This document shows, piece after piece, positions 28,452 to 38,040 of a stretch of DNA of 64,000 nucleotides. The position numbers and the translations under genes were made by a program. Numbering within the stretch: the first letter of the stretch is position 1; each line of letters begins with the position of its first letter. Location of the stretch: assembly GCA_031409275.1 (NCBI GenBank), contig JANNXA010000051.1, forward strand, positions 288,001 through 352,000, read 5' to 3'. The stretch comes from Planctomycetota bacterium (GTDB lineage Bacteria; Planctomycetota; B15-G4; SIAN01). A model generated the notes under the pieces. It searched no databases, was not told the DNA's origin, and saw nothing but the letters and a program-made list of their open reading frames with translations.

Positions 28452-30389
28452 TCAACGTCCCTCGCCTGGCTCGGCGCTCGCGTCCGTGCCTGCATCCAGC
28501 CCTGCGTCCGGCCCTGAATCCGTGCCTGCATCCGTGCCCGCCGGCGGCTCGACCGCCGCGTCGGCGACCGGCGGCAGATCGTGCAGCGTGATGCCGCTTT
28601 CGTCGAGCTCGAGCAGCCCCATGTCGCGCCAGAGTTCGAGACGCGCGACTTCGTAGTCGACGAGCGCCTGCGTCAGCTGGTTCCTCGCGCGGTTCAAGGC
28701 ATCGGTCGCATCGAGCGCGTCACGGATCTGGATGCGACCCATGCGGAGCGTCAGCGCGGTCGATTGCACGCGCCGCTGGGCGACGGCGACCGACTCGACC
28801 GCGATGCGATGCGTCTCCCGCAGCTGCGCGAGCCGGCGCAGGCCGTTGCGCACGTCCTGCTGCAGCGAGTCCGCGCTCAACGTGACCGTGCGCGACTGCA
28901 CCTCGCGATCCAGCAGCGCGCGGCGGTAGGCGTTGCGCTCGGCGAGCTTGTCGACCGGGAGGTCGAGCGTGAGGCCGGCGCGCCAGGTCGCGTCGCCCGC
29001 CTGGGTATCGAACACGGTGTCGCGATCGGTCGGCACCGTGACGCCCGCCGACAGGTCGAGCGCGGCGCGCAGGTCGTCGGCGGCCACGTGGATGCGCCGG
29101 TCGGCGTCCTCGAGCTGTTCGACCGTGTTCAGGTGATCGAGGCGGTTGTCGAGCGCGACGGCGATCGCGCGCGTCTCGCTGAAGCGGATGGCGGGAAGTC
29201 CGGCCTCGCGCAGCCGCTCGAACTCGTCCGGCATCAGCCCCAGGTCGGCCTCGAGCGGCAACCCGAGCGTCAACTTGAAGGCGTCGATCGAGTCCTGGTA
29301 GCTGCGCTGCGCGACGATCCAGGAGTTGCGCGCGCTGAGCTCGCTCTGCACGGCCTGGTCGAGCTGGATCTGGCTGCGCCGGCCGCGCTCGGCGAGCGCC
29401 TCGGACTGCTCGCGGGAATCGATGAACTGCAGGTAGCTGCGCCGCGCGTTCTCGATCTGGTCGACCGATTGGAGCAGCCGGTAGTACTCGCTCGCCACGC
29501 GGACGGCGAACTCCTGGCGGAAGCGCTCGAACGCGCGCAGCGCGTAGACGGCGTCGCGCTCCGACTGCACCAGCGGCTCCTGCGCGATCTGCTTGCCGGC
29601 CCCCTGCAGCAACGGCTGGCTGAACGCGAGGTCGAAGAACGAGCTGGTCGAGTGGTTGGTCCCGTTGGTGAACTCGACGCCGGTGAAGCGGCGCAGCAGG
29701 TCATTGCTGAAGCGGAAGACCAGCAAGCCGCCGGAGGCGAGCTGCTGCGTGAGCGAGAACTCGGTGGCGAGCGTGCCATCGCGCTGGCGCTTGCTGCCGC
29801 CTGGCGCGCTGGTCCAGTCGTACGAGGAGGTGACGCCGAAGCGCGCCTCGAAGAGGTAGCGCTGGAACGTCACGTCGAGCGCGGCGAGGTAGACCTGCTC
29901 CTTCTGGCGCTGGAAGTCGCGGCTGTTCTCCGACGCGATCGCAAGGGCGTCCGTCAGCGAAAGCACCTTGCGCGGAAGCAACGGCGGGTCGGTGACCGAG
30001 AAAGCGACCATGTCGCTGGCGTGGCGCTGCTCCACCTGCTCGATGCGGACGGCGAGTTTCGCTCGCACGGCCTCCGTCGCATCGCTCGCTTCGCCGCTGC
30101 TGGCCGGCGCCGGCACCGGCGGAGGCATCACCTCACGCAGCTGGCGCTCCCGCTGCTCGTCCCGATGGGTGGCGAGTTCGGCCAACAACTGCTGGCGCAG
30201 GATGTCCTGCGCCTGCTCGACCGTAAAGCCCGACGCCTTGCCGAACAGGCGCTCTTCCTTGGCCTTGACGATGGCGTCGACTTCGAGGTCCGCCTCGCGC
30301 TGGTACTGCTCGGCACTGCACGCCGCGAGCGAGAGGCCGGCCATGGTCAGCCAACGCAACGAACGGAAGGAGAGCGCGGGACGCGTCAT
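28452..30389 (-). CDS. TolC-family outer-membrane efflux lipoprotein
   Basis: Lipobox LAAC; LSLTDALAIASENS, FSQPLLQGAG, GLTLDLPVD; heads the efflux operon. Start approximate. Confidence 0.88.
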   Translation of the reverse strand: MTRPALSFRSLRWLTMAGLSLAACSAEQYQREADLEVDAIVKAKEERLFGKASGFTVEQAQDILRQQLLAELATHRDEQRERQLREVMPPPVPAPASSGEASDATEAVRAKLAVRIEQVEQRHASDMVAFSVTDPPLLPRKVLSLTDALAIASENSRDFQRQKEQVYLAALDVTFQRYLFEARFGVTSSYDWTSAPGGSKRQRDGTLATEFSLTQQLASGGLLVFRFSNDLLRRFTGVEFTNGTNHSTSSFFDLAFSQPLLQGAGKQIAQEPLVQSERDAVYALRAFERFRQEFAVRVASEYYRLLQSVDQIENARRSYLQFIDSREQSEALAERGRRSQIQLDQAVQSELSARNSWIVAQRSYQDSIDAFKLTLGLPLEADLGLMPDEFERLREAGLPAIRFSETRAIAVALDNRLDHLNTVEQLEDADRRIHVAADDLRAALDLSAGVTVPTDRDTVFDTQAGDATWRAGLTLDLPVDKLAERNAYRRALLDREVQSRTVTLSADSLQQDVRNGLRRLAQLRETHRIAVESVAVAQRRVQSTALTLRMGRIQIRDALDATDALNRARNQLTQALVDYEVARLELWRDMGLLELDESGITLHDLPPVADAAVEPPAGTDAGTDSGPDAGLDAGTDASAEPGEGR

Positions 30390-30518
30390 TCGCACAGCCT
30401 GAGGGGGCGAGGGGGTGCAGGATTCAAGCGCGACCGTACGAGAGCCGCACGGCGCAGTTCGTGTCATTTGAACGTCATCTCGAGCGCGGACCGAAGTCAC
30501 GACCACGCCGCGCCGAAG

Positions 30519-30755
30519 TCAAGGGCGCGCGTTCGCGACCAACGCGAGGATCTCGCCCGGCTCGGGGAAGCGCTTCGTGGCGAGCTTCGAGTAGATCAGC
30601 TTGCCGTCGAGCGACACCTCGAAGCAGCCACCGTCGCTCGGAACGAGCCGCAGTTCGGAGATCTTGCGTTTGTGCGCGTTGAGGAGCTCAGCCGTCAGAC
30701 CGACGGCACGCGGCTCGTAGTTTCAGGCGGTGCAGTAGCGGATCTGCAGCAGCAT
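30519..30755 (-). CDS. SelW/SelT/SelH (Rdx) family selenoprotein with CxxU motif
   Basis: Not in ORF track. MLLQIRYCTA-U(TGA 30725-30723)-NYEPRAVGLTAELL...LVPSDGGCFEVSLDGKLIYSKLATKRFPEPGEI; GGAG RBS upstream. Confidence 0.92.
30684..30716 (-). promoter_or_regulatory. Bacterial SECIS element
   Basis: GCCGUC-GGUCU-GACGGC hairpin starting 15 nt after the in-frame UGA, with an outer GAGC/GCUC stem; loop resembles the GGUCU of the E. coli fdhF SECIS. Confidence 0.85.
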
Positions 30756-30863
30756 CGGAGCTCCAGGACGAGAGGGCGCCGGAAGGCGCGGGGCGCCTAT
30801 TCATCCCGACGCGATGCCAAGAGGCAAGCTCCGAAATCGGCGGCCTTGGCGCAGAATGGCGCG

Positions 30864-31847
30864 ATGCTCCGCGCCTTCGCCTGCCGCGTCGCCGAATCTT
30901 CCCCACCGACCGACGCGGTCGAGCGGGCGCTGCGCGACTATTCACCGGCGCAGCAGGCGTCCCTCGGCGGTGTCGCCATGGGACTCGGCCTGCTGCTCTG
31001 CTTCGCGGCGATGCGGCGCGCGCAAGGCTGGGTGGCGCGCCCGCCACCACCGCCATCGCCGCCGTCGATGGCGCAGCTGCCGGCGCATTGGCCGCCCGTT
31101 ACGCGCGCGATTGCCGGCATCGCGGTGCGCCTGGGATTCGGGCCGCCCCGCTCCTTCACGCCGGCGTTCCTGCCGCTTTGCTTCCTGGTCTGGTTTGCCG
31201 CGACGCTGCTCGGCGCCTCGCTCACGCGCGACGCGGCGAGCAGCGGTGGCGCCGGACTCACGCCCGAACGGCTCCACGCCGCCGGCTTGACGTTCCTGCT
31301 GGTCGCGGGGGTGATGATCGGATTCGTGGCGCTCTGGACGCGCCTCTTCGGCGACGGACTCGCCGATGTCGGATTGCGCCGCGCGGGGTTGCCTGGCGCG
31401 CTGGCGTTCGCGCTGCTGCTCTTCGTCTGCTTCGTGCCCGTGCAGCTTGGCGCCGTCGCGCTCGAGAGCGGCGTGCGCGGGATGCTCGACCTGCCCGCGG
31501 AGGGGCAGGCCGCGGTCGCCACGTTCGCACGGTTCCCGGAGCTGCGCCGCGACCTCGTGGTGCTGGCCGGGATCACGCTCGCGGCTCCGCTGCACGAGGA
31601 GCTGCTCTTCCGCGGCGTCTTGTGGCGCTACCTCGCGCGCCTCTTCCCGCCGGCGGCGGCGTTGGTGCTGAACGGCGTGCTGTTCGCGTCGCTGCACGAT
31701 GGCGGCCGCTTCGCCGTCTTCGTGCTGGGCGTGGCGCTGGCCTGGCTGATGCAACGCACCGGCCACCTCGCCGCGCCGCTCCTGTTCCACATGGTGCACA
31801 ATGGCGTGACGCTCGCGGTCATTGCCGCGTCGGCCGGACACGGATGA
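30864..31847 (+). CDS. CPBP family intramembrane metalloprotease (Abi/CAAX)
   Basis: APLHEELLFRG, LFASLH, FHMVHN; multiple TMs. Only the C-terminal part of the 1088-aa track ORF is considered real. Confidence 0.88.
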   Translation: MLRAFACRVAESSPPTDAVERALRDYSPAQQASLGGVAMGLGLLLCFAAMRRAQGWVARPPPPPSPPSMAQLPAHWPPVTRAIAGIAVRLGFGPPRSFTPAFLPLCFLVWFAATLLGASLTRDAASSGGAGLTPERLHAAGLTFLLVAGVMIGFVALWTRLFGDGLADVGLRRAGLPGALAFALLLFVCFVPVQLGAVALESGVRGMLDLPAEGQAAVATFARFPELRRDLVVLAGITLAAPLHEELLFRGVLWRYLARLFPPAAALVLNGVLFASLHDGGRFAVFVLGVALAWLMQRTGHLAAPLLFHMVHNGVTLAVIAASAGHG

Positions 31848-32365
31848 CGATCGACACGAGCACGGGGAAGACGACGATGGACTTCAAGCTCGAGAAGCGC
31901 GGCGACTACTACGTGGCGAACAATGCCGCGCTGATCCACCAGGTGACGATCGGCAAGGACTCGAGCATCTGGTACGGCTGCGTAGTGCGGGGCGACGTCG
32001 CTTCGATCACCATCGGCGCGCGCACCAACCTTCAGGACCTCACCATGGTCCATCCCGAACACGACGAGCCGGTCGTGATCGGCGACGACGTCACCGTCGG
32101 CCACCGGGCCATCCTCCACATGCGCACGCTCGGCTCGGGGACGCTGATCGGGATGGGCGCGATCCTGCTGGCTCACAGCCACATCGGCAAGCAGTGCATC
32201 ATCGGAGCTGGCGCCCTGATCCCCGAAGGGCGCACGATCCCCGATCGCAGCGTCGTCATCGGCATGCCGGGCAAGATCGTGCGTCAGGTCAGCGACGAGG
32301 AGGCGGCCCATCTCGTGAAGCACGCCGCCGGCTACATCGAGACCGCGCGCCTGAACCTGCGCTGA
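31844..32365 (+). CDS. Gamma-class carbonic anhydrase family protein
   Basis: SIWYGCVVRGD, TNLQD..MVH, TVGHRAILH hexapeptide repeats, GMPGKIVR. Alternative start 31877. Confidence 0.93.
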   Translation: MTIDTSTGKTTMDFKLEKRGDYYVANNAALIHQVTIGKDSSIWYGCVVRGDVASITIGARTNLQDLTMVHPEHDEPVVIGDDVTVGHRAILHMRTLGSGTLIGMGAILLAHSHIGKQCIIGAGALIPEGRTIPDRSVVIGMPGKIVRQVSDEEAAHLVKHAAGYIETARLNLR

Positions 32366-32372
32366 CGCCACC

Positions 32373-33236
32373 ATGCAGGCGTCGCGCGTCGTCCTCCTCA
32401 CCTTCGCACTGAACGCCGCGCTGTGCGTGGCGCACTTCGCCGTCTACTTCGCCACCGGCAGCCAGCTGGTGCTGGCGCAAGGCGCCGACTCGCTGATGGA
32501 CCTCGCCGTCGGCGTCGTGCTGCTGGTGAGCGTGCGCGTGGCCATGCAGCCGCGCGACGAGGATCACCCGTTCGGCCATCAACGCGCCGAGCCGATCGGT
32601 GCGCTGGTGACCGCCGTCCTCGCCTTCGTGCTGGCCATCGAGGTCGCGCGCTCGGCGATCGGCCACCTGCTCGACGGCGAGCCGCCGCGACTCGACGCGG
32701 CCGTCGGCGGCGTCCTCTCCGCCAAGCTGCTGGTCAAGGTCGCGTGGCTCGCGATCGTGCTGCGCCGCCGCCACGACGGCGACGGGCAGGCGGTTTCGGC
32801 GACGCGGCTCGACACGCTGAACGACGTGTTGACCTGCAGTTCGTCGCTGGTCGGCTTCGGGCTCGCGCGCGTCGGCTACCCATCGTTCGACAGCTGGCTC
32901 GCGCTGCCGGTCGCGGCCTACATCGCGAAGGCGGGCGTCAGCCTCGCGCGCGAAAGCCTGCGCTACCTGATGGGCGAGGCGCCCTCCGCCGAAGTGCTCG
33001 AGCGGTTGCGAGCCGCCGCCGCCGCGATTCCGGGCGTGCTGGGCATCCCCAAGTTGCGCGCCCACTTCGTCGGCCAGACGCTCCACGTCGAGGCCACCGT
33101 CCTGATCCCCGCCGGAGCGAGCGCCGTGCAAGGCCACGACCTCGCGCTCGACGTGCAGGCCGCGCTCGAACGCGACCCGCTCGTCGGCGAGGTCTTCGTG
33201 CACCTCGACACCGGCGAAGGAAAAGACGGGAGCTGA
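32373..33236 (+). CDS. Cation diffusion facilitator (CDF) transporter
   Basis: ADSLMD, PRDEDHPFGHQRAE, DTLND; C-terminal VFVHLD dimerisation domain. Confidence 0.93.
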   Translation: MQASRVVLLTFALNAALCVAHFAVYFATGSQLVLAQGADSLMDLAVGVVLLVSVRVAMQPRDEDHPFGHQRAEPIGALVTAVLAFVLAIEVARSAIGHLLDGEPPRLDAAVGGVLSAKLLVKVAWLAIVLRRRHDGDGQAVSATRLDTLNDVLTCSSSLVGFGLARVGYPSFDSWLALPVAAYIAKAGVSLARESLRYLMGEAPSAEVLERLRAAAAAIPGVLGIPKLRAHFVGQTLHVEATVLIPAGASAVQGHDLALDVQAALERDPLVGEVFVHLDTGEGKDGS

Positions 33237-33258
33237 CGCGGGCCGGCGCGCCGGAGGC

Positions 33259-34194
33259 TTACTGCTTGCGCTCCGGCGGCCCTTCGAGCAGCTGCAGCAG
33301 ATCGCTTTCGGTGGTCAGCACCAGCGAGGTCTCGCCACCGGCAAGGGACTTCTGCAGCGTCTCGAGCGATTTGGTGAAGGCGTAGAGATCGGGGTTCTTC
33401 TGGTAGGCGTCGGAGTAGGTGCGCGCGGCCGCGGCATCGGCCGTACCGCGCAGCACTTCGGCGTCGCGGTACGCCTCCGACAGGAGGCGCTTCTGGTCGC
33501 GCTCGAGTTCGCCGAGGATCCGGGCGCGCTCGCCCTGCCCTTCGGATCGGAACTGCTCCGCGATGCGCTGCCGCTCCGAGATCATGCGGCGGTAGACATC
33601 CTTCAGCACCAGGTCGACGAAGTTGACCCGAGTGATGCGCACGTCGAGCAGCGCGATGCCGAGCGGGGAGAGTCGCAGCGCCGCCTCGCGGGTGATGCGC
33701 GCCATCAGTTCCGGCCGGCCGACGGTCGGCTTGGCCGGCGCCTCGTCATCGATCGACTCGATGTCGGCGGCCATGTCGCGCTGCGTCGCGCGCACGGCGT
33801 CGATCAGCGACTGCGAGCTGATGGTGTCCTTCACCACGCCATCGATGATGTTGTCGAGCCGTGTCTGTGCGTTGCGCGCGTCGCCCACCGACTGCAGGAA
33901 CAGCAGCGGATCGGAGATCCGCCAGCGCGCCATGGTGTCGACGAAGATGAACTTCTTCTCGCGCGTCGAGATCTCGCGCGGCTCGCCGTGCCAACGCAGC
34001 ACGCGCTTCTCGAGCCGCCGCACGTCCTGCAGGAACGGCTTCTTCCAATGGAGTCCCGCCTCGGTGACGGGCGCGCCGACCGGACGGCCGAACTCGGTGA
34101 TGATCACCTGCTCGGACTCGCTGACGGTGTAGACCGAGCCGCTCGCCAGCACCGCGCCGACGATCAGCAACAGCAGCAGGAGGCCGCGCATCAT
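33259..34194 (-). CDS. hflC: FtsH modulator HflC
   Basis: FGRPV...AGLHWKKPF, WRISDP, RMISERQRIAEQFRSEG, AFTKSLE. Confidence 0.93.
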   Translation of the reverse strand: MMRGLLLLLLIVGAVLASGSVYTVSESEQVIITEFGRPVGAPVTEAGLHWKKPFLQDVRRLEKRVLRWHGEPREISTREKKFIFVDTMARWRISDPLLFLQSVGDARNAQTRLDNIIDGVVKDTISSQSLIDAVRATQRDMAADIESIDDEAPAKPTVGRPELMARITREAALRLSPLGIALLDVRITRVNFVDLVLKDVYRRMISERQRIAEQFRSEGQGERARILGELERDQKRLLSEAYRDAEVLRGTADAAAARTYSDAYQKNPDLYAFTKSLETLQKSLAGGETSLVLTTESDLLQLLEGPPERKQ

Positions 34195-35201
34195 CGGGAG
34201 CCCTCCGGCTTCGGCATCGCGTCGAGCGAGAGGAGCGGCAGCACGCCCTTCAGGTCGCGATCGACGATCACCTTGCGTGACAGCTTCGGCAGCAGATCGC
34301 CCATCGCTTCCAGCCAGAGGCGTTGCCGCATCAGGTCGGGCGCATTGTCATGCTCGGTGGCCAGCGCGAGGAAGCGCTGCACTTCGCCGGTTGCGCGATT
34401 GACGCGCTCGGAGGCGTAGCCCTCCGCCTCCTGTCGCAGCCGCGCCGCTTCACCCAAGGCGAGCGGCATCTTGCGGTTGTACTCCTGGCGCGCCTCGTTG
34501 ATGGTGCGCTGCTTCTCCTGCTCGGCCTGGTTCACGTCGTTGAACGACGCGCGCACCGATTCGGGCGGGTCGACGTTCTGCAGCTGCACCGTGTCGATCT
34601 CGAGCCCCATCTCGTACTGGTCGACCAGTTTCTGCAGCTCCTCGTGCGCCTCGGTGTTCACTTCGCGCCGACCCGCGGTCAGCACTTCGAGCACGCTGTG
34701 GTCGCCGACCACGAGGCTCATCACCGCCTGCGCGAGGTCGCGCAGCGTCTTCTCCGGATCGGCGACGTGGAACAGGAACTTCACCGGATCGTTGATCCGG
34801 TACTGCACGATCCATTCGACTTCGGCGGCGTTCAGGTCGCCGGTCAGCATCAGGCTCTCGTCGCCGAAACGGGCGTCGGAATAGCGCGTCCGCTCGCCGA
34901 GTTCGGCGCCGCGAGTGAACTCGGCGGTCCGGAAGCCGAACTCCATCTTGTGCACGTGCTTGGTCGCAACCTCGTTCGCCACCTCGATGCCGAACGGCAG
35001 CTTCCAGTGCAGGCCCGGCTCGACGGTTCGGTCGTAACGACCGAATCGCGTGACGACGCCCACCGCGGCCGGCTCGACCTGGAACCACGAGGTCAACGCC
35101 AGCGTCAGCAGCGCGCCGCCGCCGAGGATCAACACGAACCCCGCCAACGGCGGCAAACGCAACCGCCCCTCACGATCGCGCAACACTCGGATCTGGGCCA
35201 A
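34191..35201 (-). CDS. hflK: FtsH modulator HflK
   Basis: GVVTRFGRY, PGLHWKLPF, MLTGDLN, VQYRINDP, PPESVRASFNDV; TTG start; overlaps hflC. Confidence 0.93.
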   Translation of the reverse strand: MAQIRVLRDREGRLRLPPLAGFVLILGGGALLTLALTSWFQVEPAAVGVVTRFGRYDRTVEPGLHWKLPFGIEVANEVATKHVHKMEFGFRTAEFTRGAELGERTRYSDARFGDESLMLTGDLNAAEVEWIVQYRINDPVKFLFHVADPEKTLRDLAQAVMSLVVGDHSVLEVLTAGRREVNTEAHEELQKLVDQYEMGLEIDTVQLQNVDPPESVRASFNDVNQAEQEKQRTINEARQEYNRKMPLALGEAARLRQEAEGYASERVNRATGEVQRFLALATEHDNAPDLMRQRLWLEAMGDLLPKLSRKVIVDRDLKGVLPLLSLDAMPKPEGSR

Positions 35202-35228
35202 AGGAAGCTCCTGACGCGCCCCTCAGCA

Positions 35229-35383
35229 GCCCGTCGGTGAAGTCGCCGCGAGTCCGGCGCATGGATTTCGAGTCGGAGCGAGGAGGAGGTTCGACGCCAA
35301 CTCCAGGGGAGTTGTCGAGAAGCTCCGACGAAGTTCCGACTGGAAAGACACCACCCGACGACACGGAGAATTCGCCGACCGGC
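35229..35383. ncRNA. Candidate structured RNA: long imperfect rod-like hairpin (6S-RNA-like architecture)
   Basis: Nested complementarity: 35229-35248 with ~35364-35383; 35272-35279 (GTCGGAGC) with 35322-35329 (GCTCCGAC); apical TCGAC..CAACTCC with GGAGTTGTCGA. Confidence 0.4.
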
Positions 35384-35385
35384 AG

Positions 35386-38040
35386 TCAGCGCGAGAAAAA
35401 CGAGAGAGCGTTGTACAGCACGCGGATGGGTCCGCGGAACCCCAGGCGAAACGTCGGGCTCTCGCTGAAGAGCAGCACGCGACCGCGGCCGACCTGCGCC
35501 TCGACCAGCCAGAATCGTCCGCCGAGCTCCTCCACCACCTCGTCGCCGGCGAAGCCGGAGACACGGCCGCGCGGCACGAAGCGGCCCACCTTGATCCCGC
35601 CGCCGTGCAGCTCGAAACCCTGCGTGCCGGTCGCCAGCTGCGGGATCCGCTCGGGCAACCCGAACGCCAGCGGATGGTCGAGGTCGAGTTCGACTTCGAA
35701 GAAGGCGCCCGGCATGTTGGCGAGCGTCGCGTCGCGATCGCGCTGCGCCGATTTCTGCCAGCTCGGCTTGTCGTCCTTGGCGTCGGCCTCCTTCTCTGGC
35801 TTGGCGGTCACCTCGGTGAGCCCCGAGCGCTCCTTGGTGAACCAGAACGAGGCGCTGCCGAGCGCGATGACGGTGCCGCCGCCGCGCAGGAAGGCCGCGA
35901 TCGGCTCCTTCGCGTCGTCGAGGCCGCGCACGCCATCGGGCGCGACGATCACGTTCCAGTCCGAAAGGCGTGCCTGCGCCAGCGCCGCCGGTTGAATGCA
36001 CGAGAACGGGACCTGGAGTTCACGCTCCAGCAGCCAGCGCACCTCGCCGAACCCCGCGCCATTCGACGCCAACAGCACGATGCGTGGAGGCTTCAGCACC
36101 ACCGCCTGCTCGCTGCCAAGGTCGGGACCTTGCTCGGTGAATCCGCTGGCGAGCGGCTCGAAGGTCACCCCGTAACGTGCGCCGAGCTCGCTCAACTGCG
36201 CGACGAGCGCCTGCCGTTCGACGGTCGCGGCGCGTGGCGGCGCCGCGATCACCACCGAGCCGGGCGGAAACGGCCGCGTCGCGTTCGAGAAGCCGCGCGG
36301 CAGGAAGCGGGTGCGAACTCCGGCGCCCAGCAGTTCCAGCAAGGCGGCCGGCGCGGCCGCGTCTTCCCACGGCAGCACGAACGCCACCGCTTGATCGGCG
36401 CCGTCACTCAAGACTCCGCCACGGCGTGCGAGCGGCATGCCGAGCCCGGCCACCGGCGTCGACTCGCTGGCCAGGCGCGTGCGGCCGACCTCGGCGTTCT
36501 GCTCGAGCCAGCACGCCGGCACGCCGAACGCATAGGGCAGCGACCAGGCGGAGATGTCATAGAACGTCGTGCGCTCGACGCCGGCGCGCGGTTCCAGCAG
36601 CGCCTTCGCCAGCCGCTTCTGCGGCTGCTGCATCGAGACGAGCAACGTCCCCTCGGGCAGCACGCGCTCCGCCGCATCGACGCCATCGAAGCCGTGCACG
36701 CCGCGCGCGACGAACGCCGCGCCGGCGACATCGACCTCGATGCCGTGGCGCAGCAGTAGGTTGGCGAGCGCCGCGCGCGTGGTGCGGTCGGCGTTGGGCA
36801 GCAGCGCGACCTCCCGCATCGGACCGGCGCGCCCCTCCGCAAGCGCTTCGACGTGGAAGCTGCGCCAGTGCGCCAGCAACTCGCGGCGACCGGCGCGCGC
36901 CGTCTCGACCGTGGCGAGCGAGGCGGTGAAGTGGTGGGCGATGCGATCGAAGAGCGTGAGCAGCGTGCCGTCGCTGCGCCGCCACGCGAGGCCGCCCGCC
37001 GAGTGGCCCGCCTGCTCGTAGGTCATCCCGATCGCGCCGCGCAGCGACGGGAAGCTGTCGCCATAGCCCGGATAGAGCAGGTCGAACTGCTCGCCCGTGT
37101 AGTAGCTCCAGCCAAACGAGTCGAACGCCGCCGCGTTGCCGCGCCCGAAGCGTTCGCCCCACTCGATCGTGGTCTCGGGCAGGTTCAGGTTGCGCGGCAG
37201 GTCGGCCGGGAAGAAGAAGTAGCTCGAGTCGGGGTACATCTCGTGGAAGTCGACATGGACCTGCGGCGGCAGACGCTGCAGCCATGCCAGTCGCGCGCGC
37301 GTCTCGTCCTGCGTCGCGAAGGCCCAGTCGCGATTGAGGTCGAAGTAGTAGTGGTTCACGCGGCCGCCCGGAGCCGGCTCATCGTGCTCGCGCGCAGCGG
37401 GCTCCGGATCCGGCACCGCGCCGACCACCGACTGGAACCAGTGCGCGTAGCGGTCGCGCCCATCGGGATTCAGGCACGGGTCGATCACGACCAGCAACTG
37501 CTCGCGCGTTCGCTGCGCCGCTTCGTCGTCGGCCGCCGCCAGATGCCACAGCGTCGCCAGCGCCGCTTCGGTCCCCGACGGCTCGTTGCCATGGACGTTG
37601 TAGGAGAGCCAGACGATCGCGACTTGATCCGCCATCTTGCGGTTCGCGATCGACTCGTCGGCGAGCGATCGCCCGTCGGCCAGACCCGCGAGCCCCGCCG
37701 CGATCTCCGACTTGCGCGCCAGGTTGCGCGGGTCGCTCACGAGCGCCAGCAGCAGCGGCCGCCCTTCTGGCGTCTTGCCGTACTCGACGAGTTCGACCCG
37801 ATCGCTCGCGGCGTCGATCGCCGCGACCGCGCGGACGACGTCGCGATGCTCGCTGAACCGGCTGCCGTAGCCGTAGCCGAGCAGCGTCTCAGGCTTCGGG
37901 ACGTCGCTGCGGTAGCGCGCCGCGGGCTCGAAGGTGAAGCCGTCGCCACGCGGGGTGGACGCCGTCTGAAACGGCATCGCGAGCGCGGCCGCGACGGGGA
38001 TCGAGCGGGTCAACCAGAGCACGACAGACGTCAGGACCAT
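35386..38040 (-). CDS. M14 zinc carboxypeptidase family protein, exported
   Basis: YGKTPEGRPL, VHGNE, NPDGRDR, DLNRD, VDFHEM. Confidence 0.92.
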   Translation of the reverse strand: MVLTSVVLWLTRSIPVAAALAMPFQTASTPRGDGFTFEPAARYRSDVPKPETLLGYGYGSRFSEHRDVVRAVAAIDAASDRVELVEYGKTPEGRPLLLALVSDPRNLARKSEIAAGLAGLADGRSLADESIANRKMADQVAIVWLSYNVHGNEPSGTEAALATLWHLAAADDEAAQRTREQLLVVIDPCLNPDGRDRYAHWFQSVVGAVPDPEPAAREHDEPAPGGRVNHYYFDLNRDWAFATQDETRARLAWLQRLPPQVHVDFHEMYPDSSYFFFPADLPRNLNLPETTIEWGERFGRGNAAAFDSFGWSYYTGEQFDLLYPGYGDSFPSLRGAIGMTYEQAGHSAGGLAWRRSDGTLLTLFDRIAHHFTASLATVETARAGRRELLAHWRSFHVEALAEGRAGPMREVALLPNADRTTRAALANLLLRHGIEVDVAGAAFVARGVHGFDGVDAAERVLPEGTLLVSMQQPQKRLAKALLEPRAGVERTTFYDISAWSLPYAFGVPACWLEQNAEVGRTRLASESTPVAGLGMPLARRGGVLSDGADQAVAFVLPWEDAAAPAALLELLGAGVRTRFLPRGFSNATRPFPPGSVVIAAPPRAATVERQALVAQLSELGARYGVTFEPLASGFTEQGPDLGSEQAVVLKPPRIVLLASNGAGFGEVRWLLERELQVPFSCIQPAALAQARLSDWNVIVAPDGVRGLDDAKEPIAAFLRGGGTVIALGSASFWFTKERSGLTEVTAKPEKEADAKDDKPSWQKSAQRDRDATLANMPGAFFEVELDLDHPLAFGLPERIPQLATGTQGFELHGGGIKVGRFVPRGRVSGFAGDEVVEELGGRFWLVEAQVGRGRVLLFSESPTFRLGFRGPIRVLYNALSFFSR

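Noticed and set aside
30723..30725. In-frame TGA as a nonsense mutation (pseudogene)
   Set aside because: It falls exactly at the CxxU position, is followed by a SECIS-like hairpin, and the rest of the frame is intact.
28581..30863. N-terminal ~760 aa of the 1088-aa plus-strand ORF
   Set aside because: Antisense shadow of the TolC and selenoprotein genes; only the part from 30864 has recognisable (CPBP) motifs.
30864..31847. CPBP 'Abi' protein as an abortive-infection system
   Set aside because: The family is an intramembrane protease, the context is housekeeping and there are no defence neighbours.
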